Below are positions 53,114 to 62,228 of a stretch of DNA of 64,000 nucleotides, piece by piece. Location of the stretch: assembly GCA_002699125.1 (NCBI GenBank), contig PABI01000032.1, positions 15,588 to 79,587 on the forward strand, written 5' to 3'. A program made the translations under genes and the position numbers. How positions within the stretch are numbered: the first letter of the stretch is position 1; every line of letters starts with the position of its first letter. Source of the DNA: Anaerolineaceae bacterium (lineage in GTDB: Bacteria > Chloroflexota > Anaerolineae > Promineifilales > Promineifilaceae). Below the pieces are notes generated by a model that was given only the letters and a program-made list of their open reading frames with translations, was not told where the DNA came from and made no database searches.

Positions 53114-55519
53114 ATGAGTGATGAAGAAAAATTGATTGGATATTGTTTTAAATGCCGCGAAAAGCATGAAATTTTGGAGCCCAAGGCAGAGTGGGCGGCC
53201 AATGGATCGCCCGGGACGCGTGGAACCTGTGCCAACTGTGGGGGAACCATCTACAAGGCAGGGTATACGCCGGCCCACGATGATTTGCCTAAGCCCGAAA
53301 TAAAAGTGACGCGGAAAAGCAAAAAGAAAAAGAAGTCCGCCAAGAAAAAATCGTCGCGGAGTAAGGGCAACACGCGCCGCTCGGGTAAACTGGTGGTGGT
53401 GGAATCCCCGGCCAAGGCCAGAACCATTGGTCGCTATTTGGGCAAAGGCTACAATGTCAAGTCCAGCGTGGGGCACGTGCGTGATTTGCTTAAATCACGC
53501 CTGAGCGTGGATGTAGAGAACGATTTTGATCCCGAATACCGCGTGCCCAACGAGAAGCGGGATGTGGTGAAAGAGCTAAAAGCAGCCGCCGCCAAAGCCA
53601 AAGAAATTTACCTGGCGACTGACCCGGATCGTGAGGGTGAGGCAATCGCCTGGCACGTGTTGGAATCGGCGGAGATGGACCCGGACATTACACAGCGGGT
53701 GGTGTTTCACGAGATTACCAAGCCGGCCATTGAGAAGGCGTTTTTGGAGCCACGTGGCATCGACATGGATCGGGTGAATGCCCAGCAGGCGCGCCGCATT
53801 TTGGATCGATTGGTGGGATATAAGCTGAGCCCACTGCTGTGGCGCAAGGTGCGCGGCCGTTTGTCGGCCGGGCGCGTGCAGTCTGTGGCGGTGCGGTTAG
53901 TGGTCGAGCGCGAGCGCGAGATTAAAGAGTTTGTCTCTGAAGAGTATTGGACGCTGGGTGCCGAGTTGAGCCGGGAACAGGACCGTGATGAAAAGGAACG
54001 GCCGTTCTTCCAGGCACGTCTACACAAATTGAACGGGGAAGACCCCGTGCTGCAAAGCGAAGAAGACGTGCAGCCCCATCTGGTGGCGCTGGAAAAAGGC
54101 GTCTGGGAAATTGGTGAGGTGCGCATTGGCAAACGGACTCGTCGTCCCGCTGCGCCGTTTACCACCAGTACCATGCAGCAAGAAGCATCGCGGCGGCTGG
54201 GCTTTAATACCAGCAAGACGATGCGCATTGCTCAGCAGCTGTACGAAGGCATCGACCTGGGTGGTGAAGAAGGTGCTATCGGTTTAATCACTTACATGCG
54301 TACTGACAGCGTTTCTGTGAGCAAAGAAGCGGAAACCGAAGCGCGCTCTTACGTCGGCAAGCGGTTTGGGGCCACGTACGTGCCGGTGAAGCCGCCGCAG
54401 TACAAAACCAAGTCCAAAACGGCGCAGGAAGCGCATGAGGCTGTGCGGCCCACGTCTGTGCAGCGCGTGCCCAAGCCGATTAAAGAGCATCTGTCGCGGG
54501 ACCAGTACCGTTTGTACAAGCTGATCTGGGATCGCTTTGTGGCCAGCCAGATGGCGCCGGCCCGGTACGATACGGTGTCGGTGGATATTTATGCGGGGGA
54601 TGAGAAGGTGGCGACAGTGAAACGGCCGTATCTCTTCCGCGCTACCGGGTCGGTAATGACCTTTGCCGGTTTCCTGGCATTGTATGAAGAAAGCCGTCCG
54701 GAAGACCGCCCCGACGATGACCAAAACCAGGTGCCGTCTGATTTGACAGAAGGCGAAATGCTCGATTTGCTGCGCCTGCTGCCGGAACAACATTTTACCC
54801 AGCCGCCGCCACGATTCAGTGAAGCGACGCTAGTGAAATCATTGGAAGAGTACGGCATTGGCCGTCCCAGCACCTATGCCTCCATCATTTCCACCATTCA
54901 AAATCGGGGATATGTTGATCGCGTCGATAAGCGGCTCCAGCCCACCGAGACCGGGCAGATTGTGAATGATCTACTGGTGGAATATTTCCCCAACATTCTG
55001 TCGGTTGATTTTACGGCGCGGCTGGAGGATGAGCTGGACAAGATTGCCGAGGGCGAGCCGTGGGTGCCGGTCATCGGCAGCTTCTACGGCCAGTTTTCCG
55101 AGAATTTGGAAGTGGCCAATGAATCAATCCCCAAGATTGATTTGAAGCCTGAGGTTGAGTTGGTGGGGCGCGAGTGCCCGTTGTGTGGTAATGATTTAGT
55201 GTACCGGGAAGGACGATACGGCCGTTTCATCGGCTGCTCTAACTTCCCCAAATGCCGCCACACGGAGCAACTGCTCATCAAAGTGGGCGTCACCTGCCCC
55301 AACGGTGGTGAGATGGTTGAACGGCGCACCCGGCGTGGCCGCGTTTTTTACGGCTGCTCTCGCTATCCGGACTGTGAATTTAGCAGCTGGAAAAAGCCGG
55401 TGCCCGACCCTAACAATAGCTGCCACGGCCTGCTGGTGCAGCTCAATGAAAACGAAACGGACTGTGTGGCCTGCGGCCTTAAAGAGCCTGTCGAAGACAA
55501 AGAAGCCGTCGCCGATTAA
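53114..55519 (+). CDS. topA: DNA topoisomerase I with extra N-terminal zinc ribbon and Lys-rich linker
   Basis: Start moved to ATG 53114, after the terminator. TOPRIM motif KLVVVESPAKARTIGRYLG, catalytic Tyr motif GLITYMRTDS, and C-terminal Cys4 ribbons (CPLCGNDL...CSNFPKC). The N-terminal CFKCREKHE...CANCGG ribbon is followed by KSKKKKKSAKKKSSRSK. Confidence 0.95.
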   Translation: MSDEEKLIGYCFKCREKHEILEPKAEWAANGSPGTRGTCANCGGTIYKAGYTPAHDDLPKPEIKVTRKSKKKKKSAKKKSSRSKGNTRRSGKLVVVESPAKARTIGRYLGKGYNVKSSVGHVRDLLKSRLSVDVENDFDPEYRVPNEKRDVVKELKAAAAKAKEIYLATDPDREGEAIAWHVLESAEMDPDITQRVVFHEITKPAIEKAFLEPRGIDMDRVNAQQARRILDRLVGYKLSPLLWRKVRGRLSAGRVQSVAVRLVVEREREIKEFVSEEYWTLGAELSREQDRDEKERPFFQARLHKLNGEDPVLQSEEDVQPHLVALEKGVWEIGEVRIGKRTRRPAAPFTTSTMQQEASRRLGFNTSKTMRIAQQLYEGIDLGGEEGAIGLITYMRTDSVSVSKEAETEARSYVGKRFGATYVPVKPPQYKTKSKTAQEAHEAVRPTSVQRVPKPIKEHLSRDQYRLYKLIWDRFVASQMAPARYDTVSVDIYAGDEKVATVKRPYLFRATGSVMTFAGFLALYEESRPEDRPDDDQNQVPSDLTEGEMLDLLRLLPEQHFTQPPPRFSEATLVKSLEEYGIGRPSTYASIISTIQNRGYVDRVDKRLQPTETGQIVNDLLVEYFPNILSVDFTARLEDELDKIAEGEPWVPVIGSFYGQFSENLEVANESIPKIDLKPEVELVGRECPLCGNDLVYREGRYGRFIGCSNFPKCRHTEQLLIKVGVTCPNGGEMVERRTRRGRVFYGCSRYPDCEFSSWKKPVPDPNNSCHGLLVQLNENETDCVACGLKEPVEDKEAVAD

Positions 55520-55586
55520 TGGGCAGCCAACCCTTTACTTGTACCTCCTGCAAAAGCGGGAATGGCAAATAAACATTGTTATAAAC

Positions 55587-55639
55587 TTCCCCGGAAATTG
55601 CCTGATGTGCCAAACATCTGGAAAGCAGTTTCCGGGGAA
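55587..55639 (+). other. Perfect 11-bp inverted repeat hairpin downstream of topA
   Basis: TTCCCCGGAAA (55587-55597) / TTTCCGGGGAA (55629-55639), 31-nt spacer. No T-run, so function is unclear. Confidence 0.5.
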
Positions 55640-55819
55640 ATCTGTAATTAGCTACGTTGCTTTTGCGTTGTCATTTCGTAGCGGAATTAGTACCTCTTGG
55701 TAGAGACTTTCCCCCCACAAATTGCTAAAATATTTGCGTCATGTATTTATCGAGCCTGGAGCCTGTTGAAGACAAACCCTCAACGGATACCCCATATTGT
55801 TTAATGTAAAGGAAAAAAT

Positions 55820-57790
55820 ATGAACCTTCGCCTTGCTTCAATCTTGTCTTTCTTCACCCTGGCATTGACCTTGATCGTAGGTTTGGGCATGGATACGCGT
55901 CAATCTGTAGCGGCTCCTGCCGGGACAACCGATCAACTCACCTATTTGCCATTTGTGGCCAAAGCGCCCGATTTGTTTATCACCAACCTGGAAATCAGCC
56001 AATCCGTTCAGGATGCCAATAACACGGTGCCCCTGGTGGCTAACCGACCCACGGTGGTGCGAGTCTACACAGCTACCAGCAGCGGCAACAGTGTGCCCAA
56101 TACCAGCATTACCCTAACAGCCACGCGCAACGGCGTTGCCCTGACGCCGGTAACTTCTGGTGTCAAAACTGCCTCCGGCGCTTCCAGCCGCAGCAGCCTA
56201 AGCAGCACGTACAATGTTACCTTGCCCGCCGACTGGCTTTCTGGCACTGTTTTAATAACGGCTAAGGTGACCGGTGAACCTATCGGCAGCTTTACAAAGC
56301 TGGTTACGTTCAATACAGTCCCTACTTTGAACGTTGTTTTAGTGCCAATCAATTACACGCATACTCCAACAGGAGTTACTTTTCCAGGTCCAAATAGTGA
56401 TGGAATCAGCGACTGGATCATGCGAGCCTATCCGCTGAGCAATATGAATGTGACGCTCCATCCAAATGGAATGAATTTTTCAGGGAATTTACGAGAGGCT
56501 GCTTCCTGGGAGCAATTATTAAACGATGTAAGCCAGCTTAAAGATAATGATATTGATTTCTATTCTCCCACAGTGTATTACGCCTATATCGATTTTGACT
56601 GTGGCTGGTTCAATTGCAGTACAGGGGGCATTGCCGGTATCGGCTGGATTGGTTTCCGGGCTGCTGTTGGTTTTGATCATCCATCAACCGAGGTGACGGG
56701 TGAACTGGCCGGACATGAAATTGGTCACAACTTTGGTCGTTACCATGCGCCTTGTGGGGTAAGCGGTGATGCAAATTATCCTTACACGGGTGCCTCAATT
56801 GGTCAGTATGGTCTGGATGGCATCGGTGGTTCACTAGAACTGCTCAGCCCCAATGACTATGTGGACATGATGAGCTACTGTGACCCGGTTTGGGTGTCTG
56901 ATTACACCTACGAGGCGCTTTACACCGATCAGGTGAACAACGGTGCACTGGTTTGGGCACCGGCAGAGGAAAGTTTAGTCGTTCGTGGTTCTGTGGCTGA
57001 AGACGGAGCTGTCTCGCTTAATCCGGTTTACATTTTGCCGCAAACGGCCGTCAACCCCCAAAACGGTCTCTACGAAGTGGAACTGCTGGATACAGCAGGC
57101 AACATCATCGCCACTCATTCGTTGGATTTGCTGATTGCTGAGGAAGAAGGTGTCTCTGCCCAGGCCATTCACGGCGTGGTGCCGGCACCGGAAGTGCCGG
57201 TGGCCGAACTGCGGATCGTGGAAGTGGCTTCGGGAACGGCCGTTGCCAACCGTACCCTCTCCACTGCCAGCATGGCGGCTAACGCCACGCTGAACCAACG
57301 CAGTGAAACGGCGACCGTCAGCTGGGGCATTGCTGACGTGCCGGCCAACGTGCGCTACACGGTGGGCAATGGCCAGACGTGGACGACGGTTGGCTTAAAC
57401 GTGCTGGGCGGCAGTTTAGACGTTGATCTGAGCAATTTGCCGGGTGGGGGAAACGGCCGTTTCCAAATCATCCTGGCCGATCAGGGTACGCCTACCCGCT
57501 TTGAGGTTGCGCTGCCCACGCCGCTGGCCGACAAGCAGCCCACCGCCTGGATCACCGGCCCCAATGTTGTGTCTACCGGTGCTCCGGCTGAGCTCTACGC
57601 CTTTGGCTCCGACGCCGAAGATGGGGCTTTACGCGATTTTGCCTGGTCGGTGGATGGTGAAGCAGTTGATGCAGACTCGGCGCTGTTCTTGCACGAGCTG
57701 GCCCCCGGTGAGCATGTGATTACTTTGCGCGCAACAACGAGCAGCGGGCAAACGGCCGTTACCAGCAAGGTGATTACCGTTGCGCCGTAG
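55820..57790 (+). CDS. Secreted zinc metalloprotease (metzincin-type HExxHxxGxxH)
   Basis: Signal-like N-terminus (LASILSFFTLALTLIVGLG). HEIGHNFGRYH motif. C-terminal beta-sandwich-like repeats. Confidence 0.8.
   Translation: MNLRLASILSFFTLALTLIVGLGMDTRQSVAAPAGTTDQLTYLPFVAKAPDLFITNLEISQSVQDANNTVPLVANRPTVVRVYTATSSGNSVPNTSITLTATRNGVALTPVTSGVKTASGASSRSSLSSTYNVTLPADWLSGTVLITAKVTGEPIGSFTKLVTFNTVPTLNVVLVPINYTHTPTGVTFPGPNSDGISDWIMRAYPLSNMNVTLHPNGMNFSGNLREAASWEQLLNDVSQLKDNDIDFYSPTVYYAYIDFDCGWFNCSTGGIAGIGWIGFRAAVGFDHPSTEVTGELAGHEIGHNFGRYHAPCGVSGDANYPYTGASIGQYGLDGIGGSLELLSPNDYVDMMSYCDPVWVSDYTYEALYTDQVNNGALVWAPAEESLVVRGSVAEDGAVSLNPVYILPQTAVNPQNGLYEVELLDTAGNIIATHSLDLLIAEEEGVSAQAIHGVVPAPEVPVAELRIVEVASGTAVANRTLSTASMAANATLNQRSETATVSWGIADVPANVRYTVGNGQTWTTVGLNVLGGSLDVDLSNLPGGGNGRFQIILADQGTPTRFEVALPTPLADKQPTAWITGPNVVSTGAPAELYAFGSDAEDGALRDFAWSVDGEAVDADSALFLHELAPGEHVITLRATTSSGQTAVTSKVITVAP
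57449..57464. repeat. Example of the iterated palindrome: perfect 16-mer GGAAACGGCCGTTTCC
   Basis: Read directly from the sequence. Identical to 14007-14022. Confidence 0.95.
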
Positions 57791-57815
57791 CTTCTTAAAG
57801 CTGTAAGAAAATTGG

Positions 57816-57881
57816 ACGCTGATTTACCTGATTACCCTGATTTTTTTTGGTCGTGGGAATCAGGTGGATCAGCGTTTTTTC
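57816..57881. terminator. Composite word-repeat hairpin terminator between convergent genes
   Basis: Outer stem ACGCTGAT (57816-57823) / ATCAGCGT (57868-57875), inner CCTGATT / AATCAGG. T-runs occur in the loop and after the stem (57876-57881). Confidence 0.65.
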
Positions 57882-57985
57882 TATGTAAATGTTCGCCCAG
57901 CCGTAAACGGACTGGGCTAGTTATGAAAGCCTCTTTGAGACTAATTTTTAGCCCTGAAAGGGCTTCCAAATGATAGCCGGGGGCT

Positions 57986-59644
57986 TTAGCCCTCGGCGGG
58001 TCCCCAACCGCCGCCCCCCGGCGTTTCAATTTTCAGAATATCGTCCGCATCGAGCCGGCAGGTGAATTTGCCCGGCAGCTCGGTGTTGCTTTCCCCTTGA
58101 ATGAGGCTGTTGCGGCCCGGACGGCCGTTTTCGCCGCCTTGTAACCCATAAGCTCCCTGCTTACGTCGTTCGCTGGTTACGGTCACCGTTACGGGCGTAA
58201 GAAAGCGGATGCTGCGGATGAGGCCATCGCCGCCGCGCTGCTGCCCCGCGCCGCCAGAGTGGGGACGCAGGCTGTATTGTTCTAGTCGCAACGGAAAGCT
58301 GTACTCCAGCGCCTCCACCGGCGTATTGAGCGTGTTGCTCATGTGGACGTGCATGCCGCTGCCGCCATCGGCTTCTGGTCCGGCACCCGCGCCGCCGCCG
58401 ATGGTTTCATAGTAGGCAAACGGCCGTCCGCTGCCCAGATGTTTGCCGCCAAAAGTAAGATTGTTCATCGTGCCCTGGCTGGCGGCGGGAATGAGCTGGG
58501 GCAGTGCCTGAGCCAGCGCGCCAAACACGGCGTCGGTGATGCGCTGGGACGTTTCCACGTTCCCGGCGGCCACAGCGTGCGGCTGGGGTGGGTCCAGCAA
58601 GGAACCTGGGGGAATGGTGACGCTAATCGGCGCAAACGCCCCCTCGTTCATGGGCAAATCGGTTTGCACCAGAGCCAGGGCGGCACAGCGCAGGCAGTAG
58701 GCCACGGCCGATTGGGCAATGGCCGGCACGGCGTTGAGATTGCCGCGCACGGCAGCGGCTGTACCGGTGAAATCAACATGCAGCTGGCTGCCGTTCACGG
58801 TGAGAGTTACCTTGATGGGAATGGGGGGGCTGTCCGGTTGGCCATCGTCGTCGAGAAAGTCGGTGAAGGTGTAACGGCCGTTTGGTATTTGGGAGACGGC
58901 CGTTTTAGTCAAAGTCTTCGCGTACTCTATAAGAGCTTCGGCATGAGTTAGCGCTTCATCCAGGCTGTAGCGATCCACAATTTCTGCCAGCCGTTTTTCA
59001 CCGATGGCGTGGGCTGCCAGCTGGGCGGCCAAATCGCCGTTGCGCTCGTCGGGGGTGCGCACGTTGCGCAGGATGAGCTGCCAAACTGCCTCGTTGCGCT
59101 CACCGGCGGCCACCAGCTTAATGGGTGGAATAATAATTCCTTCCTGGTAAATCTCGGTGGAAAGGGGCATCGAGCCGGGCGACATGCCACCGACGTCGGC
59201 GTGGTGGGCGCGGCTGGCTACAAAAAATGAGGGGGTGACAAGGTGAGGGGGTGACAAGGTGACAAGGTTGTCAGACTGATCACCGTTTACCGATGACGGT
59301 TCACCAAAAAAGACGGGTGAGACGAGCGTAATGTCCGGCAAGTGGTTGCCGCCCTGGTATGGATCGTTGACGATGATGACGTCGCCGGGGGCGAAGGGAG
59401 CGCATTGCTCAATGGCGGCCTGGACGGAGGCGGGCATGGCACCGAGATGTACGGGAATGTGGGCTGCCTGGGCCAGCATACGGCCGTCACCCAAAAAGAG
59501 GGCGCAGCTAAAGTCCAGACGTTCTTTAATGTTGGGGCTGTAGGCGGCGCGGCCCAGCGTCACGCCCATCTCTTCAGCCACGGAAGCGAACAGATAGCGA
59601 AAAATTGAAAGGGAAGCGGCCGTTGGTTTGGTCAGATTGTTCAT
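57986..59644 (-). CDS. Hydantoinase B / oxoprolinase family protein with in-frame repeat insertion
   Basis: IFRYLFASVAEEMGVTLGRAAYSPNIKERLDFSCALF, NDPYQGGNHLPDITLVSPVF and ASRAHHADVGG are family hallmarks. No hyuA-like partner is adjacent. Confidence 0.85.
   Translation of the reverse strand: MNNLTKPTAASLSIFRYLFASVAEEMGVTLGRAAYSPNIKERLDFSCALFLGDGRMLAQAAHIPVHLGAMPASVQAAIEQCAPFAPGDVIIVNDPYQGGNHLPDITLVSPVFFGEPSSVNGDQSDNLVTLSPPHLVTPSFFVASRAHHADVGGMSPGSMPLSTEIYQEGIIIPPIKLVAAGERNEAVWQLILRNVRTPDERNGDLAAQLAAHAIGEKRLAEIVDRYSLDEALTHAEALIEYAKTLTKTAVSQIPNGRYTFTDFLDDDGQPDSPPIPIKVTLTVNGSQLHVDFTGTAAAVRGNLNAVPAIAQSAVAYCLRCAALALVQTDLPMNEGAFAPISVTIPPGSLLDPPQPHAVAAGNVETSQRITDAVFGALAQALPQLIPAASQGTMNNLTFGGKHLGSGRPFAYYETIGGGAGAGPEADGGSGMHVHMSNTLNTPVEALEYSFPLRLEQYSLRPHSGGAGQQRGGDGLIRSIRFLTPVTVTVTSERRKQGAYGLQGGENGRPGRNSLIQGESNTELPGKFTCRLDADDILKIETPGGGGWGPAEG
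59228..59274. repeat. In-frame 16-nt tandem repeat TGAGGGGGTGACAAGG x2 plus partial and inverted copy
   Basis: Units at 59228-59243 and 59244-59259, partial tgacaagg at 59260-59267, then inverted ttgtca. On the minus strand it encodes part of SSVNGDQSDNLVTLSPPHLVTPS. Confidence 0.8.
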
Positions 59645-59650
59645 AGAAAC

Positions 59651-60871
59651 TCATTTTTCCATCAGACGGAGCATCTCATAAGCCGGGCGGGGTGTCATGT
59701 TGGGATCGACCAGACTGTACCCGCTCATTTCATCGTTGGGGGGACGGCCGTAAACCAAATTCCACACCGTCAACATTTCTACCCAGGGCCAATCGCGCCG
59801 AACCCGCTCAAAGGAGCCTAGCAAATAGAGTGCCTGTTGCTGGGCTGATACTGAAGGATGATCGCTGGACTGTATTGTATATCCCAGCTCAGTGATCCAA
59901 AAGGGCTGTGTGGCATTGTGCGCCAGCATAATATCGCGCAAATCCAGGATGCGCGCCAGATTCAGGCTATCCAATGCCTCCCGGTCAGCCTCCGGTGACA
60001 GGCCGTAGCCGTAATCGTGCACCGCGAGCACGTCGAAGCAGTCGGCCGCGCCTGCCGCCAGCATCTGGTCAAGAAAGTCACGATCGTCCAGAGCGCGTGG
60101 CGAACGTTCGTTGGTGGGGGCCAAGCCGCCACCAATCACCAAGGCACCAGGGTCGGCGGCGCGGATGCGTTGGTAAGCTACGCCAAGAACGGCCGTATAG
60201 TCAGCCGGATCAGCCACCCAGCCCTCATAGGATAGCCAATGGTCGGGGGACGTGCCACCGGAGCGGCTCCATTCGGCGGCCAGATTGGGCTCGTTCCAGA
60301 TGATGTAACCGAGGATGTGGCCCTGGTAGCGGCTGGCAACGGCCGTTACAAAATCTGCATAGGCGGCCACATCAAACGGCACGCCTGATTCAGCGGGCAA
60401 GCGTGCCCACTCAGGTGGCATGTCCAGCCGGATGACGAGGTCAAGATCATAAGTGCGCGCCATTTGCACCATGTAATCGCCTACTTCCCAACGATAGCGA
60501 CCTGGTTCTGGGTTAAAGTCACGCCAGGGGAAGACCTGCACAACTGTGTCAAAGCCGGCATCGGCGGCCAAAGCGGCCACCTTGTCATCAAGTAAGATGG
60601 TGTGGACGGCGTGGCGAAACGGTCGTTCCTCCCGTGCGGGCGGCGGCGGCAGATCCGGCTCTGGCAGGTCGTGTTGGGCGATGGTGTGGGTGGTTGGCAG
60701 AGGAAGAAACTGGTCGCAGGCGGAGGGAACGGCCGTTGGTCTCGAAGTTAATGAAGCTAACGCGGAAGATGTGCTGGGAGTTGCTGCTTGAGGGGTAGCA
60801 CAACCTACTATCCATGCAAGTAATGTTAGTATACCTATCCACGCTAACGGCCGTTTGCTTACCGCTGCCAT
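59651..60871 (-). CDS. Clan GH-A glycoside hydrolase-like lipoprotein (GH5-like)
   Basis: Lipobox-like LLAWIVGCATP. IIWNEPNL (acid/base NEP motif) and WITELGY (nucleophile Glu). Confidence 0.7.
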   Translation of the reverse strand: MAAVSKRPLAWIGILTLLAWIVGCATPQAATPSTSSALASLTSRPTAVPSACDQFLPLPTTHTIAQHDLPEPDLPPPPAREERPFRHAVHTILLDDKVAALAADAGFDTVVQVFPWRDFNPEPGRYRWEVGDYMVQMARTYDLDLVIRLDMPPEWARLPAESGVPFDVAAYADFVTAVASRYQGHILGYIIWNEPNLAAEWSRSGGTSPDHWLSYEGWVADPADYTAVLGVAYQRIRAADPGALVIGGGLAPTNERSPRALDDRDFLDQMLAAGAADCFDVLAVHDYGYGLSPEADREALDSLNLARILDLRDIMLAHNATQPFWITELGYTIQSSDHPSVSAQQQALYLLGSFERVRRDWPWVEMLTVWNLVYGRPPNDEMSGYSLVDPNMTPRPAYEMLRLMEK

Positions 60872-62190
60872 TTGCCCACCTCCACTGGATTTAGTGGATC
60901 AGACACATCAAGAATTACCAGGCCGTCATCCCAATCCAGAAGATACACCAGCCCATTAGCCTTCACAATGTCGCTAAAATAGGCGTTTGGATAGAGCGAA
61001 TTGGCCAGACTTGGTCTAAAACGCTCAAGCACGTCCAGGATATAAAGCCCATCCGATGAGGCAAAATAGACGTAGTGGTCAACCGTAACCAATCCGCCAC
61101 TTTGACTACTTTGAATAGAAGTGTTTGGGAGTTCCTGAAGCAATTCACCAACGACGCCTGGGCTAGAAAGATCTAATATACGGAATAAAAAGCCTTCTCC
61201 ATTGGGGATAACGATAACCGTATAGGCATCCTCATCAGGGTCCGAATAATCCAATAGCGTCCTGCTTCCATTACGATATGAAAGTTCTCTAGTGATGCGA
61301 GGGTTTAGAGGCTCGGAAACATCATAGATAAGGATTTCGGGGTGTGAATAGCGATTATTACTAGGAAATAAGTGAAGGTATCCGTCTATCTCTCTAACCT
61401 CACTAAGGATATAGCATCCCGAACAGCTGCCGGACCACCCTTCCTGGATGGTTCCAATTTTAGTAGGAAGACGGGGGTTTGAAACGTCCACAACCTCCCA
61501 GTCATCTTTAAAGCCAATCACGTGCGCAATATCACCGATAACAATTGCATCAATTGCTAAAAATTCCGGGCTGTAAAGGCCCAATTTAGAGGGGTTTGTG
61601 GGATCGGTTACGTCGACAATGGCCAATTCTATGGGCCATTGATAAATGTTCTCCCCCTCCCTTTGGATAGCATAAAGTGTATCATCTACAACCTGAATTT
61701 CTTCTATTTGATTAGGAAAGACCGTTTCGCCGACCAAAATGGGCTGGCTGGGCATGGAAACGTCCACTATAAACAAACGTTTACCAAATGCTACATAAGC
61801 CAGATTCTCTTGGACGAGGAAGGTCGTGTACGAATCCTGAGATTTGGCGATTATGGTTGCTTGCAGTTCGGCAGGTGTGAAGGATACGGGTGTGTGAGTA
61901 GGCCGCCGGGGCTGAGGCGTCTTCGGATTCGCGTTGCGGGAGTACAGTGTGTCAGGTGTAGGCGTTGATGAGGCGGTGGGCGTTACGGAGGGCACGGCCG
62001 TTACCACAACAGTTGTGGGCGAAGCAGTGAAGGTAGGTGTGCTGGTCGCCACGGCCGTTTCCGTTGGGCTGGCTGGGGTAATGAAGGCTACGGTGGCAAC
62101 GGCCGTTGGCGCAGATGTGTCATCGTTACAGGCGGCCAGCAGCAAGATGATTCCTAAACTCACCAACCATCCAAATTGCTTTAATGCCAT
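60859..62190 (-). CDS. LVIVD-repeat beta-propeller lipoprotein
   Basis: Lipobox LLLAACNDD, PT-rich linker, and repeats LFIVDVSMPSQPILVG, LAIVDVTDPTNPSKLG, LYILDVLERFRP, LVILDVSDPLNPVEVG. Confidence 0.85.
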   Translation of the reverse strand: MALKQFGWLVSLGIILLLAACNDDTSAPTAVATVAFITPASPTETAVATSTPTFTASPTTVVVTAVPSVTPTASSTPTPDTLYSRNANPKTPQPRRPTHTPVSFTPAELQATIIAKSQDSYTTFLVQENLAYVAFGKRLFIVDVSMPSQPILVGETVFPNQIEEIQVVDDTLYAIQREGENIYQWPIELAIVDVTDPTNPSKLGLYSPEFLAIDAIVIGDIAHVIGFKDDWEVVDVSNPRLPTKIGTIQEGWSGSCSGCYILSEVREIDGYLHLFPSNNRYSHPEILIYDVSEPLNPRITRELSYRNGSRTLLDYSDPDEDAYTVIVIPNGEGFLFRILDLSSPGVVGELLQELPNTSIQSSQSGGLVTVDHYVYFASSDGLYILDVLERFRPSLANSLYPNAYFSDIVKANGLVYLLDWDDGLVILDVSDPLNPVEVGKWQR

Positions 62191-62228
62191 AATCTGCCTC
62201 GTTTAAGTGAAAACGGACCAATATAACA

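Noticed and set aside
57890-57985. Small hairpins (GCCCAG.../CTGGGC, AGCCCT GAA AGGGCT) downstream of the hyuB-like gene, considered as its terminator.
   Set aside because: The stems are only 6 bp and are not followed by a T-run on the minus strand. The composite hairpin at 57816-57881 is the more credible terminator.
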